Position numbers and translations under genes: made by a program
Notes under the pieces: model-generated
Told to the model about the DNA's origin: nothing
The model's input: the letters and a program-made list of their open reading frames with translations, nothing else
Database searches by the model: none
In this document: piece after piece, positions 41,719 through 55,060 of the stretch
Position numbering within the stretch: the first letter of the stretch is position 1
Layout of the letters: each line of letters starts with the position of its first letter
Source: an uncultured Acidobacteriota bacterium
Lineage (GTDB): Bacteria > Acidobacteriota > Vicinamibacteria > Fen-336
Reading direction: 5' to 3'
DNA: 64,000 nucleotides
Assembly: GCA_963720545.1 (NCBI GenBank)
Contig: OY970399.1
Span: 1,408,001-1,472,000 of the forward strand

Positions 41719-44534
41719 ATGAGGGCGCTCAACCTTAAGACGGCCGCGGTGCTCTCGATGGCCGCCCTGCTCACCGCGCTCGGCTCCTACAACGCTTACC
41801 TCAAGGCCAGCTGGAACCCCTCGGACGATGGGGTCCTGTGGATCTCCTCGCCGGTTGGTGTCATGGCCGACCGCATCGATCCCGAAGGGCCGGCGGCAAC
41901 CGCTGGCGTGCAGCAGGGCGATGTGCTGCTCGCGATGAACGGCGACGAGCCGGAGTCCGCGCGTCAGGTGCGCGCTTCGGTCGCGGCGCGGCCGGTGGGC
42001 GCGCCGGCGAGCTACAAACTGTTCCGCGCCGGCCGCGAACAGCTCGTCGAGCTGCAGGTTGAGACGGTGCCGAAAGGCAACACCACGCTCTTCTACGCGC
42101 TGTCGCTGCTCGGCTTCTTCAGCCTGCTGGTCGGCACGGTCGTCATGTGGCGGCGGCCGTGGGACCGCATCACCGCGCACTTCTACGCCATCTGCCTGCT
42201 GTTCTTCGCGATGTACTCGCTGTCCTTCGCCGGCCAGCTGTCGCTCGTCGACTGGTCCTTCTACTGGATCGATCGCGGCGCCGTCTTGTTCCTGCCGGCG
42301 GCGTTCCTGCACTTCTGCCTGGTGTTTCCCGAACGCCGCCTCGGCAAGGGGCCGTGGCCGCTCGCCGCCATCTATGCGCCGGCCTGCCTCGGGCTCCTGG
42401 CGTCGGCCGGCAACATCCTGCTGCTGGCGCGGCGCGCCGACCTCGATTCGCTGTGGCTGACGCAGACGCTCCTCGACCGGCTGCTGCCGATGTACTTCGG
42501 CGTGTGCTTCGCGGCCTCGTTCGTGGTGCTGCGCCGCGCCTACCGCAGCACCCGCAGCGTCGTCGCCCGCCGCCAGATGAAGTGGCTCGTGTGGGGCACC
42601 GGCGCCGGCGTGGTGCCGTTCCTCAGCCTCTACGCCATTCCATTCGCGGTCGGCCGTCATCCGGTGGGCGGCTTCGAGCTCCTGGCCTATCTCGGCATGG
42701 CCGTGATCCCGTTGTCGCTCGCCTACGCGGTGGTCAAACACCGGCTGATGGACGTGGACCTGATCTTCCGCCGCACGCTGGTGTTCACGCTCGCCACGGT
42801 CGCGATCGCCGCGATCAGCCTGGTGGCGAACGGCGCCGTCGAGTTCTTCATCCACGGCGACGAGCCGCACGCCTTCGTCATCGCGCTGCTCTGCACCATC
42901 GTCGTGCTGCTGCTGTTCGCGCCCGTGAAGGGCCGCATCCAGGAAGCGATCGACCGGCTGTTCCTGCGCGAGCGCTACAAGTCGCGCAAGGCGCTCTTGC
43001 GCCTGTCGCGCCAGCTCAATGCCGAGCTCGACCTGGTGCGCACCGCGGAGCGGCTGCTCGAGGGCATCACCGCGGCTCTCGGGGTGCGCGCCGGCGCCGT
43101 GTTCCTCGCCGAAGCCGATGGCTCGCACGCGCTCCTGCGCTCGGTCGGCGTGCCGGCCGAAGCGCCCGCCATGCGCATCGCGGCCGGCAATCCGCTGCTG
43201 CACAAGCTGCGCGCCGGGCGGCCGACCGCGGCGGTGACGGCGCGCGGCCCGTTCCCCGAAGCCGACAGCTTCGGCCTGGTGCACTACTTTCCGTGCATCG
43301 TCAACGACGAGCTCATCGGCGTGCTGGGCGTGGGGCTGAAGGAAGGCCTCGAGCCGCTCGACAGCGAGGAGCTCGACGTGCTGCAGGCGCTCGCCAGCCA
43401 GGCCGCCACCGCGTTCATGAACGGCCGCCTCTACCGCACCCTGCGCCACAAGGCCGAGGAGCTGCAGCGGCTCACCGAATACAACCAGAACGTGCTCGAG
43501 AGCATGGACGCCGGCATCGTGGTGCTCGACCTCGAGGGCCGCGTGGCGCGCTGGAACCGAGCGATGGAAAACCTCTCGGGCCGCCGCCGCGAGGCGGCCG
43601 CGGGCAAGCTGCTCTCCGAGGTGCTGCCGGGCGGCTTCGCCGATGCGCTCGCGGGCAGCCTCGACGGTTCGCCGAACGAGGACATCTCGCACATCTACAA
43701 GCTGCACCTGCCGACGGAAAACGGCCGCAGCTCGATGGTGAACGTCAGCGTCGCGCCCTTCCAGTGGGGCTCGGGCGAGCGCCTCGGCCACGTGCTGATC
43801 CTCGAGGACATCACCGCGCGCGTGCGCCTCGAGGAGCAGCTGCAGCACTCCGAGAAGATGGCGTCCATCGGCCTGCTGGCCGCCGGCGTCGCCCACGAGG
43901 TCAACACACCGCTCGCCGGCATCTCGTCCTACACGCAGCTGCTGCGCGCCGAGTTCGCCGCGGAAGACCCGAAGTCGCCGCTGCTCGAGAAGATCGAGAA
44001 GCAGACCTTCCGCGCCGCCAAGATCATCAACAACCTGCTCAACTTCTCGCGCGCCGGGAGCGCCGACCTCGGGCCGATCGACGTCAACCGCGTGCTCGGC
44101 GACGTGCTGAGCCTGGTCGAGCACCAGCTCGACGCGGCGCACATCAAGGTGCGCCGCGAACTGCACGCCGAGCTGCCGCCGGTGCGCGGCAACGAGAACA
44201 AGATCCAGCAGGTGTTCTTCAACCTGGTGCTGAACGCGCGCGACGCCATGCCGCGCGGCGGCTGGCTCACGGTCAAGACCGACGCCGACCAGGACGGGGT
44301 CACCATCGAGGTGGCCGACACCGGCCACGGCATCAGCAAGGAAGACGTGAAGCGCATCTACGACCCGTTCTTCACCACCAAGGGCATCGGCCGCGGCACC
44401 GGCCTCGGCCTGTCGGTGACCTACGGCATCCTGCAGGAGCACGGCGGCGCCATCTTCGTCGACAGCGCGCCCGGCAAGGGCACCACCTTCACTGTCACCC
44501 TGCCCGCGGAGCGTGCGGCCTCCGCCGCGCGGCG

Positions 44535-44538
<4 letters not shown>
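41719..44538 (+). CDS. Sensor histidine kinase (periplasmic PDZ, multi-TM, GAF, PAS, HisKA, HATPase)
   Basis: GPAATAGVQQGDVLLAMNG PDZ; about 9 TM helices; AGVAHEVNTPL H-box; NARDAM, DTGHG, PFFTTK, GTGLGL. Confidence 0.93.
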
Positions 44539-45995
<1,457 letters not shown>

Positions 45996-46010
45996 CCTTT
46001 TCCGGACCAC

Positions 46011-47069
46011 ATGTCCTTCCAGGGTTCCCTCGCAGAACTGCATCTGCCCGACATCCTGCAGCTGATGGCGGCGTCGGGAAAGACCGGCGCCTTCCATCTC
46101 GAGCGCGACGGCGCCGACGGCCTCGTCTACCTGCGGGACGGCAAGATCGTGCACGCCCTGCTCGGGGAAGAGCAGGGCGAGGAGGCGATCTACACGCTCG
46201 CCACCTGGGGCAAGGGCAGCTTCCGTTTCGAGGCCGGGGAAACGAGCCCCGCCGAGACCATCGCGCGCAGCAACACCAGCCTGCTGATGGAGGCGGCGCG
46301 CCGCCTCGACGAGTGGCGGGTGCTGCAGCGCAAGATCCCGTCGGTGGACCTGGTCCCCGAATTCGTGGTGCAGCAGCACAAGGAAGGGCAGATCAACCTC
46401 AACACCAGCGAATGGCTGCTGCTCTCCAAGATCGACGGCGTGCGCAGCATCAAGGGCATTGCGCAGGAGGCCGGCATCTCGGTGTTCGACGCCGCCAAGG
46501 TGCTCTACGGGCTCGTCGCCTCGTCGCTCCTGAAGCTCAACGAGCCGGCGCCGCAGCCGGTCGTTCCCGGCGCGCCGCCGGTGTCGCGCTCGCCGCTCTC
46601 GGGCCCGGTGCCCGTCTCCCAGCCGCCGCTCTCGGGATCGGTGGCGTTGTCCCAGACCCAGGCGCCGCTGACCGCTGCCTCGCCGGTCTTCGGCACGCCC
46701 ACCCGGGTGGGTGCCGCCTCATCCTCGCTGCCGACGCCGCAGGCGCCCGTGCGGGTGCGCGCGGCGGCGCCGCCGGACGCAGCCGCGGCCAGCGCGCCAA
46801 CCCAGACCTTGCCGTCGGTGTTGACACCCATGCAGGCCGAGCTGGCGCGGCTCGCCCGCGTCAAGGAAATCTGCAACACCGCGCTCGGCGCCGTCGGCGG
46901 CGACATCATCGAGAAGCACTACCAGAAGGCGCGGCTCGACATCGAGGCCGGCAATCCGGGCCCGGAAGCGATCGCGGAAGCCGTGCACCAGATCGGCCGC
47001 GCCGCGGCCATCCTCAAGGGCCCCTCGGTCACCGAGGCGCTCCTCGCCCAGATCAAATTGCTGCGATGA
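46011..47069 (+). CDS. DUF4388-domain protein with HTH-like region and Pro-rich linker
   Basis: FQGSLAELHLPDILQL...KTG...GKIVHA...WGKGSFRF...LLMEAARRLDEW. Confidence 0.85.
   Translation: MSFQGSLAELHLPDILQLMAASGKTGAFHLERDGADGLVYLRDGKIVHALLGEEQGEEAIYTLATWGKGSFRFEAGETSPAETIARSNTSLLMEAARRLDEWRVLQRKIPSVDLVPEFVVQQHKEGQINLNTSEWLLLSKIDGVRSIKGIAQEAGISVFDAAKVLYGLVASSLLKLNEPAPQPVVPGAPPVSRSPLSGPVPVSQPPLSGSVALSQTQAPLTAASPVFGTPTRVGAASSSLPTPQAPVRVRAAAPPDAAAASAPTQTLPSVLTPMQAELARLARVKEICNTALGAVGGDIIEKHYQKARLDIEAGNPGPEAIAEAVHQIGRAAAILKGPSVTEALLAQIKLLR
46578..46643 (+). repeat. 33-bp tandem duplication within the Pro-rich linker
   Basis: PVSRSPLSGPV / PVSQPPLSGSV. Confidence 0.6.
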
Positions 47070-48243
47070 GGGCGCGGTAGCGGCCGAGCACCACCGGCCA
47101 CGCATACTGCTCTTCGACGTAGCGGCGGCCCGACTCCCCCATCGCCGTGCGCAGGCCGTCATCGCCCAGGAGCCGCTGCAGCGCGTGCGCGAACTCGGCG
47201 CCGTCCGCGTAGAAGAGGCCGCCGCCCGACCGCAGGCAGTGGTCCTCGAGCACCGCGCTGCGGCGGTTGACAAGCACCGGCACACGGCACGCAAGCGCCT
47301 CCAGCAGCACGATCGACAGGCTCTCGAACGGGCTCGGGCAGATCACCACCGACGCGCCCGCGAACGCGGCGCGCTTTTCTTCCTCGGACACGAAGCCGAG
47401 ATAGCGCACGTCGCTGCGCTGCGGCAGCTCCATCGCCAGGCTGCCGAGGAGCACCAGGTCGGGCGCGGGTGCGAATTCACGCGCGTAGCTGTCGAAGTGC
47501 GCAAGCATCTCGGCACAGCCTTTGCCCGCGTCGATGCGTCCGGCGTAGAGGACATAGGGACGCCGCAGCCCATGGCGCGCGCGAAACGCGGCCGCCGCGG
47601 TGGGCGCCAGCGCGGCCGCCTCGAGATCGACACCCATGCCGGCGACCGCCGCGGGGCGGCTGCCGAGGTCGAAGCGCGAGCGCACCAGCGCCTCCTCGGG
47701 CGGCGTCAGGAACGCGAAGCCCGAGGCCCGGGCGAACATCTCGGCGTAGATCGAGAAGCGCAGCGGCGGCTCGTCGTGGGTGGTCGGCACCAGCAGCGTC
47801 CTGGCGGAAACCGCCTGCAGGCCGGCCCAGGTCGGGTAGTAGAGGTAGGTGAAGAACAGCAGCGCATCGCAGTCGGGTGCCGCGTCGCCTAGCGCCTCGA
47901 CCAGCTCCGGGACGTATGGTCCCTGGCGGCGCAGCCACTCCAGTTCTTCCGTTCGCGACGGGGTGCGCGCGTAGAGCTCGTCGGAGTAGCGGTTGAAGGC
48001 AGCGAGGTCGCGCTCTTCTTCGACCGCGAAGCGGCGCACGCGCACTCCTGCGTCATCGGACTCTCCGGGCGGCAGCTCGTTGCGCCAGGTGACGTAATCG
48101 AGCGCGCACGTGGAGAACACCGTGACCGAGTCGCCGCCCTGCGCCAGCCGGGTCGCGAGCGCGCGCGCCAGCGACTCGGAACCGCCCGTAATCGCGGCGC
48201 CGTAGCGCTGCACCACCACCCCGAGCCGCAGCGGCTTGCTCAC
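47053..48243 (-). CDS. Glycosyltransferase family 4
   Basis: VVQRYG...GGSE, YAGRIDAGKG, PSPFESLSIVLLEA. Confidence 0.9.
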   Translation of the reverse strand: MSKPLRLGVVVQRYGAAITGGSESLARALATRLAQGGDSVTVFSTCALDYVTWRNELPPGESDDAGVRVRRFAVEEERDLAAFNRYSDELYARTPSRTEELEWLRRQGPYVPELVEALGDAAPDCDALLFFTYLYYPTWAGLQAVSARTLLVPTTHDEPPLRFSIYAEMFARASGFAFLTPPEEALVRSRFDLGSRPAAVAGMGVDLEAAALAPTAAAAFRARHGLRRPYVLYAGRIDAGKGCAEMLAHFDSYAREFAPAPDLVLLGSLAMELPQRSDVRYLGFVSEEEKRAAFAGASVVICPSPFESLSIVLLEALACRVPVLVNRRSAVLEDHCLRSGGGLFYADGAEFAHALQRLLGDDGLRTAMGESGRRYVEEQYAWPVVLGRYRALIAAI

Positions 48244-49301
48244 AGCGAGTCCAGGTAGCCGCGCAGCCGCCCCAGCACCACCTCGGGCCGGAAGTCGCGC
48301 ACCCGCTGGTCCTGGCCCGCGAGCACCGCGGCGCGCAGGAATTCGTTGCGGATCACCTCGTTGCCGACTTCGGCCATCGCCGGCAGGTCGAGCGCGTCGA
48401 AGCGCACACCGGCATCGCCGAGCGTATCGCCGACGGCGGTGTTGACGAGCGCCAGGATCGGCACGCGCAGCAGCATCGCCTCGACGAGCGGCACGCCGAA
48501 GCCTTCATGGCGGCTCAGCGACACGAACAGGTGCGCGGAGCGGTAGGTGGCGAGCAGCTCGCGGTGGCCGAGGTGTCCGGTGAACATCACGTCCCACGGC
48601 GTCAGGCCCTCTTCGTAGTGCAGCGCCTGCAGGGCGTCGCCGTAGGAGCCGCGCACCGGCGGCTTGCCGACCAGCACCAGGCGCACGTCGGCGGCGACGA
48701 ACTTGCGCCAGTAGGCCGCGAGGCGGATGAGGTCGTCCTGCTTCTTGTTGGGCGCGATCCGGCCGACGAACAGCAGGTTGGTGCGGCCGTCCGCGAGCAT
48801 CGCGCCGAACACCGGGTCGGCCGGCTCTCGGTAGCGGTCGAAGTCGAGCAGGATCGGCAGCACGCCGGTGTTCGCGAAGCCGGCGGCCTGCAGTTCGCCG
48901 CGGTTCCATTCGCTGTCGCCGAGCGCCAGCTCCACATGGCCGGCGAGTTCGAGAAGCTCGGCGCGGCCCAGCGCGCAGATGCGCGCCATCTCCGGATCGT
49001 AGGCGGTGAAGAAATGCGGCGGCGTGACGTTATGGTGGATCAGCACGCGGCGGCCGCGATGCGCGCGCAGCGCTGCGCTCAGCGGCGAGGGCAGCGCGTA
49101 GTGCAGGATCGTGATGTCCCGCGCGTCGCCGGGACGAAAGTCGGCGTAGCGGCGGCCGTCGCCAACGAGGTCGTCGTCCATGTCGAGCGCATAGACGTCC
49201 GCTTCGTGCCCCCAGGAGCGAAACGCGTCGCGCATCAGCCGCGCGGAATCGCCGATGGCGTCGCCGCGGTGCAGTGCCGGCACCCACTGGTCGATCCTCA
49301 A
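48240..49301 (-). CDS. Glycosyltransferase family 4
   Basis: TTG start 49301; GDAIG, HHNVTP, FVGRIAPNKKQ, SRHEGFGVPLVEAM. Confidence 0.88.
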   Translation of the reverse strand: MRIDQWVPALHRGDAIGDSARLMRDAFRSWGHEADVYALDMDDDLVGDGRRYADFRPGDARDITILHYALPSPLSAALRAHRGRRVLIHHNVTPPHFFTAYDPEMARICALGRAELLELAGHVELALGDSEWNRGELQAAGFANTGVLPILLDFDRYREPADPVFGAMLADGRTNLLFVGRIAPNKKQDDLIRLAAYWRKFVAADVRLVLVGKPPVRGSYGDALQALHYEEGLTPWDVMFTGHLGHRELLATYRSAHLFVSLSRHEGFGVPLVEAMLLRVPILALVNTAVGDTLGDAGVRFDALDLPAMAEVGNEVIRNEFLRAAVLAGQDQRVRDFRPEVVLGRLRGYLDSL

Positions 49302-50377
49302 GGAAGCACCCGCGACAGCTGCGCCTCGAGCAGCGCGCCGAAGTCGCGGGAACGGGCGCGCTGCAGCGCATCCTGCTGCCCCGCGAGGATGCTGGCACGC
49401 AGTGCGGCGTCGCCGAGGATGCGGCCCAGCAGCTCGCCGACCAGCGCCGGCTGCTTCGCGCGCAGCAGCACGCCGCCGCCGTCGAGCGTCTCCGCGACGG
49501 CGCCGGCGTCGTAGGCGACCACGGGGAGGTCGAAGCGCATCGCCTCCAGCAGCGGCACGCAGAAGCCTTCGTGCTCGGAGAGGCACAGGAACAGGTCGGA
49601 GGCCTGGTAGTACGCCAGCAGGTCGGCGTGGTCCACGTGGCCGGTGAACACCACCTCGGCGGTACGCAGCTCGTCGCAGAGTTCCAGCAGCCGATCCAGA
49701 TAGCGCTCATGGCCGCGGTGGTCGCCGACCAGCAGCAGGCGGCTGTGCGGCTCGACGTAGCGCTGGTAGTAGCTGAAGGCGCGGATCAGGTCTTCGATCT
49801 TCTTGTTGGGAATGATGCGGCCGACGAACAGGATGTTCCTGCGCGAGTCGCGGTACAGAGCGCCAACCGCCGGCGCAGGCGCGGCGTCGTAGACCGACCA
49901 GTCGAGCACGATCGGCAGCACCCCTGTTGGCTCGAACCCGGCCGCCACCAGCTCCTGGCGGTTGAACGCGCTGTCGCCGAGCGCCAGCGCGGTGCGCGGC
50001 GCGAACGCGCGCAGCTCGCGGCGGCCGTGGTGGCACAGGCCCGCGAGGTGCGGATGGAAGCCGAGGAAGAAGCGCGCCGGCGTGATGTTGTGGTAGATGA
50101 GCACCAGCCTGTCGGGCGCGCCGAAGATGAGGCGCGAGGCGGCGCTGCCGATCGAGAAATGGAACAGGCAGGTGGTCGCGGGGCTCGACACCTGCGGGTA
50201 TTGCCACAGCGGCCGCGCCAGGTGCGCGACCCGCGGGTGCACCTTGTCGGCAAAGATCTCCGAGCGGAAGCCGCGCGCGCGCAGCTGCGCCTGGATGGCG
50301 AGCGCCTCGTTGCCGATGGCGTCGCCGTACGAAAGCGCCGCGACCAGCTGGTGGACCTCGGGCTTTTCCGCGGGCAC
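49298..50377 (-). CDS. Glycosyltransferase family 4
   Basis: GDAIGN, YHNITP, FVGRIIPNKKIE, SEHEGFCVPLLEAM. Confidence 0.9.
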   Translation of the reverse strand: MPAEKPEVHQLVAALSYGDAIGNEALAIQAQLRARGFRSEIFADKVHPRVAHLARPLWQYPQVSSPATTCLFHFSIGSAASRLIFGAPDRLVLIYHNITPARFFLGFHPHLAGLCHHGRRELRAFAPRTALALGDSAFNRQELVAAGFEPTGVLPIVLDWSVYDAAPAPAVGALYRDSRRNILFVGRIIPNKKIEDLIRAFSYYQRYVEPHSRLLLVGDHRGHERYLDRLLELCDELRTAEVVFTGHVDHADLLAYYQASDLFLCLSEHEGFCVPLLEAMRFDLPVVAYDAGAVAETLDGGGVLLRAKQPALVGELLGRILGDAALRASILAGQQDALQRARSRDFGALLEAQLSRVLP

Positions 50378-50890
50378 TCAGGCCTTCGGCTTGCCCAGGC
50401 TCAGCTCCTCGAACGCCTTCTCGCGGCGCGCCAGGAACTCGATGCGCGCCTGCATCTGCAGGCTGCGGTTTTTCAGTTCCTGCACCTCGAGGCGCAGCCG
50501 GGTGAGCTCCTCGACGAGGTTGTGGAGGAGGTGCGCCTGGTACTGATTGATGCTCGACTGGCGGGAGAGCGCGGCGATCATCGGGTTCGGGTTCCAGAAG
50601 AGCTTCTGCACGGGACGCAGGAAGCGGCGCACCGTTTCCAGGGTGCCACCGCGGCTGCTGCGATAGATGGTCTCGGCGTCGAAGGCGTAGCCCCAGCGCG
50701 CCGCGCCATGCTGCAGCTCGGCGAGCAGGCCGCTGCGGAACTCGTTGCCGTCCACCGCGGCTTCGAGCGGCCGCTCCGCGATCTCGCGGACCTCGGCGTC
50801 GCTCACGAGCGTCTCGCGCTTCGCTTCGATCCGCCGGTTCACCTCGGCCATCAAGGCCGCGACGTCGACGCCCTTGATCTCGACGCTCAT
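50378..50890 (-). CDS. Hypothetical coiled-coil protein heading the GT4 cluster
   Basis: Heptad-like LHNLVEELTRLRLEVQELKNRSLQMQARIEFL; abuts the first GT gene. Confidence 0.75.
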   Translation of the reverse strand: MSVEIKGVDVAALMAEVNRRIEAKRETLVSDAEVREIAERPLEAAVDGNEFRSGLLAELQHGAARWGYAFDAETIYRSSRGGTLETVRRFLRPVQKLFWNPNPMIAALSRQSSINQYQAHLLHNLVEELTRLRLEVQELKNRSLQMQARIEFLARREKAFEELSLGKPKA

Positions 50891-50916
50891 CAGGGATGAC
50901 GCCTGCGCGCTCCGTC

Positions 50917-51252
50917 CTAGAAGCTGGTGACGGCTTCGTCCTCGTTCTCGAACGTCTCGAACACCGTGAGGAGCTTGGTGATCGACAGCAGGTCCTTGAT
51001 CTTCTTGGTGAGGTTCAGCAGCTTGAGGCGGCCGCCCTTGCGGCTGACCGTCGTGTAGCAGCGAACGATCTCACCGAGACCGGCCGAATCGACGTAGGGC
51101 ACTTCAGCGAGGTTCAGCAGGATGCGGGTCTTCCCGGAGTCGACGACGCGGGTCACAGCCTCGCGCAGGGCGTCGTCACCCTCGCCGATCAGGATCTTGC
51201 CTTCCAGATCGAGAATCGTGACGTCCTTGACCTGGCGCTCGGTGATTTTCAT
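50917..51252 (-). CDS. STAS-domain anti-sigma-factor antagonist
   Basis: [28 protein letters not shown]. Confidence 0.92.
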   Translation of the reverse strand: MKITERQVKDVTILDLEGKILIGEGDDALREAVTRVVDSGKTRILLNLAEVPYVDSAGLGEIVRCYTTVSRKGGRLKLLNLTKKIKDLLSITKLLTVFETFENEDEAVTSF

Positions 51253-51297
51253 GCCGCGTTCTCCCTTTGCTATTAATGACTTAAGAGGAAGGCAGGA

Positions 51298-51327
51298 ACG
51301 GTATCACAGCGACTTTACGGGTGTCAA
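51298..51327 (-). promoter_or_regulatory. Sigma70 promoter of the STAS gene
   Basis: Minus strand: TTGACA-18 nt-TACCGT with a TG extension. Confidence 0.6.
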
Positions 51328-51400
51328 CGCATTCACGCGGCAGAAGGGCCGCGCGCTCCACGAGCGCGAGCCATGCTAGTTTGCGGCGCAACGGCAAGAC

Positions 51401-52405
51401 ATGACAGGTTTCCTCGAGCGGCTGCATGAGCGGGCGAAGGCGCAAAAGCGCCGCATCGTGCTGCCCGAAGGCGACGAGCCGCGCACGCTGCAGGCGGCCG
51501 TGCGCGCGGCGTCGCTGGGCCTCGCCGAGGTGAGCGTGCTCGGCGACCCCGGCGCCATCGCGACGGTCGCCGCCGAGCACGGTCTCGACACCTCGGGGAT
51601 CACGATCGCCGCGGTCCCGCAGGCCGGCCCCGCGCTGGAGCAGGCGGTGCGCATCTACAACGAGCGAGCGAGGGCGCGTGGCATCACCGCGGACGAAGCG
51701 CGCCGCGAAGCTGCCGCTCCCCTGCTGTTCGCGGCGCTCGGCGTTGCCTCGGGACAGTGGCACGGCATGGTCGCGGGCGCGCGCGCGACCACCGCGCAGA
51801 CGCTGCGCGCCGCGCTGCGCGGCGTGGGCGTGCGCTCCGGCGTGCAGCGCATTTCCTCGTTCATGCTGATGGCGACCGCCAACCCCGATTGCGGCGAGGG
51901 CGGCGTGCTGGTGTTCGCCGATTGCGGCGTCAACCCCGAGCCGTCGGCGGCCGAGCTCGCGGAGATCGCACTCCTCGCCGCCCGCAGCGCGCGCACTTTT
52001 CTCGAGGCCGAGCCGCGGGTTGCCCTGCTGTCGTTCTCCACCCACGGCAGCGCCGCCGATCCGCGCGCGAAGAAGGTGGCCGAGGCGGCGCGCATCGTGG
52101 CGGCGCGTGAGCCTGCTCTCGTCGCCGACGGCGAATTGCAGCTGGACGCGGCGCTGGTGCCGGAGGTCGCGCGCAGCAAGGCGCCGCACAGTGCGGTGGG
52201 CGGGCGCGCGAACGTGCTGGTCTTTCCCAACCTCGACGCCGGCAACATCGGCTACAAGCTCGTGGAGCGGCTCGGCGGGGCGCGCGCGCTGGGGCCCATC
52301 CTGCAAGGGCTCGAGCGTCCGGTGAACGACCTGTCGCGCGGCTGCTCGGTCCGCGACATCGTCGACGTCATCGCGGTGACCGCGGTGCAGGCCGCGGAAA
52401 AATGA
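51401..52405 (+). CDS. pta: Phosphate acetyltransferase
   Basis: [49 protein letters not shown]. Confidence 0.95.
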   Translation: MTGFLERLHERAKAQKRRIVLPEGDEPRTLQAAVRAASLGLAEVSVLGDPGAIATVAAEHGLDTSGITIAAVPQAGPALEQAVRIYNERARARGITADEARREAAAPLLFAALGVASGQWHGMVAGARATTAQTLRAALRGVGVRSGVQRISSFMLMATANPDCGEGGVLVFADCGVNPEPSAAELAEIALLAARSARTFLEAEPRVALLSFSTHGSAADPRAKKVAEAARIVAAREPALVADGELQLDAALVPEVARSKAPHSAVGGRANVLVFPNLDAGNIGYKLVERLGGARALGPILQGLERPVNDLSRGCSVRDIVDVIAVTAVQAAEK

Positions 52406-52407
52406 TT

Positions 52408-52440
52408 CAGGGCGCGGCCACTTGCGTGGGTCGCGCCCTG
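52408..52440. terminator. Hairpin between convergent pta and rpsU
   Basis: CAGGGCGCGGCCAC-TTGC-GTGGGTCGCGCCCTG. Confidence 0.6.
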
Positions 52441-52471
52441 ATCACGTCGTTACGAGTCGCGGAAGACCGAA

Positions 52472-52669
52472 CTACTCGGCGTCCCTGCGCATCTTCTTGC
52501 GGTTACGCTTGCGGGCCAATGCTTCCTTCGCACGCCGCCGGTCGCCGGGCTTCATGTAGAAGCTATGCTTCTTGATGTCCTTGATGATGTCTTCCTGCTG
52601 CACCTTGCGCTTGAAACGCCGCAGGGCATTCTCGATGGACTCGCCGTCCTGGAGCTTGATCTCGGCCAA
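52472..52669 (-). CDS. rpsU: 30S ribosomal protein bS21
   Basis: GESIENALRRFKRKV, HSFYMKPG; TTG start. Confidence 0.95.
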   Translation of the reverse strand: MAEIKLQDGESIENALRRFKRKVQQEDIIKDIKKHSFYMKPGDRRRAKEALARKRNRKKMRRDAE

Positions 52670-52774
52670 ACTTGATTACACCCCCTCGGCACTGCACAAC
52701 TTCACGGTGCTGAGCATGCGGCAAGACCAGGGGGGCCTTCACGCCGTTCGGACTTCCGTGTCGTTCGTTCGGGC

Positions 52775-52803
52775 ATCGTATGGCACGCGAGCCGGGGTGT
52801 CAA
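52775..52803 (-). promoter_or_regulatory. Sigma70 promoter of rpsU
   Basis: Minus strand: TTGACA-17 nt-TACGAT, implying a ~100-nt 5' UTR. Confidence 0.75.
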
Positions 52804-52835
52804 GCCAGGGTCAAAACACTGTACTGTAACGAGTT

Positions 52836-53706
52836 ATGACGAAAACGACCGAAAGCGGCGTGCTTTACGTCGTGGCGACGCCGCTCGGGAACCTCGAAGA
52901 CCTGTCGCCGCGGGCGCTGCGCACGCTCGGCGCCGTCAGGTGGATCGCCTGCGAGGACACCCGCCGCACCGGCCATCTGCTGCAGGCCTGCGGGGTGCGC
53001 ACGCCGATGATCTCGTACCACCAGCACAACGAGACGGCGCGCGTCCGCGAACTCATCGCCAAACTCAAGGACGGCAACGACATAGCGCTGGTGTCGGATG
53101 CCGGCACCCCGGCCATCAGCGATCCCGGTGAACGCCTGGTGGCGGCGGCCCACGAGGCGGCGGTGCCGGTCATCCCGCTGCCCGGCCCCTCGGCGGTGAT
53201 CGCCGCGCTGTCGGTGAGCGGGCTCGACACGTCGCGCTTCCTGTTCGTCGGTTTCCTGCCCAGCCGGCCTGCCGCGCGGCGCAAGGCGATCGCCGAGTTG
53301 GGCGAGCGCACCGAGACGCTCGTGCTCTACGAGTCGCCGCTGCGCGCAACGGCCGCGCTTCATGACCTGGCCCAGGGCCTTGGCGACCGCGACGCGTTCC
53401 TGTGCCGCGAAGCGACCAAGCTGCACGAGGAATACTTGCGCGGCACGCTCGCGAGCCTGCGCGATGCGCTCGGCGCGCGCGCGGCGGTGAAGGGCGAGAT
53501 CGTGCTGGTCGTCGCCGGTGCGGAGTGCCGGCACGGCGCAAAAGCTGGATGCCGGGGATCCCCTGCCATTGCTGCGCGAGCTGCGCGCCGCGGGCATGAC
53601 GCCGCGTGCCGCCGCGCGCGAAGCCAGCCGCCGCACGGGCGCGCCGACGCGCGACTTGTATCGCGCGCTCGTGCAGGATGGCGGCGTGGAAGGCCCGACG
53701 GATTGA
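52836..53706 (+). CDS. rsmI: 16S rRNA C1402 2'-O-methyltransferase, with an apparent +1 frameshift near 53521
   Basis: LYVVATPLGNLED, CEDTR, SDAGTPAISDPG, YESPLR, TKLHEE, KGEIVLVV; the RsmI-like C-terminal helices lie in the +1 frame (ORF 53518-53706). Confidence 0.88.
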
Positions 53707-53746
53707 CAGGCGCCGGTGGCGCGTGTCAGCTTCGCTCCGAGAACAA

Positions 53747-55052
<1,306 letters not shown>

Positions 55053-55060
<8 letters not shown>

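Noticed and set aside
42147..44534. Long N-terminal extension on the response regulator (1282 aa)
   Set aside because: Shadow frame of the kinase; the receiver domain starts at ATG 44535 in an ATGA overlap.
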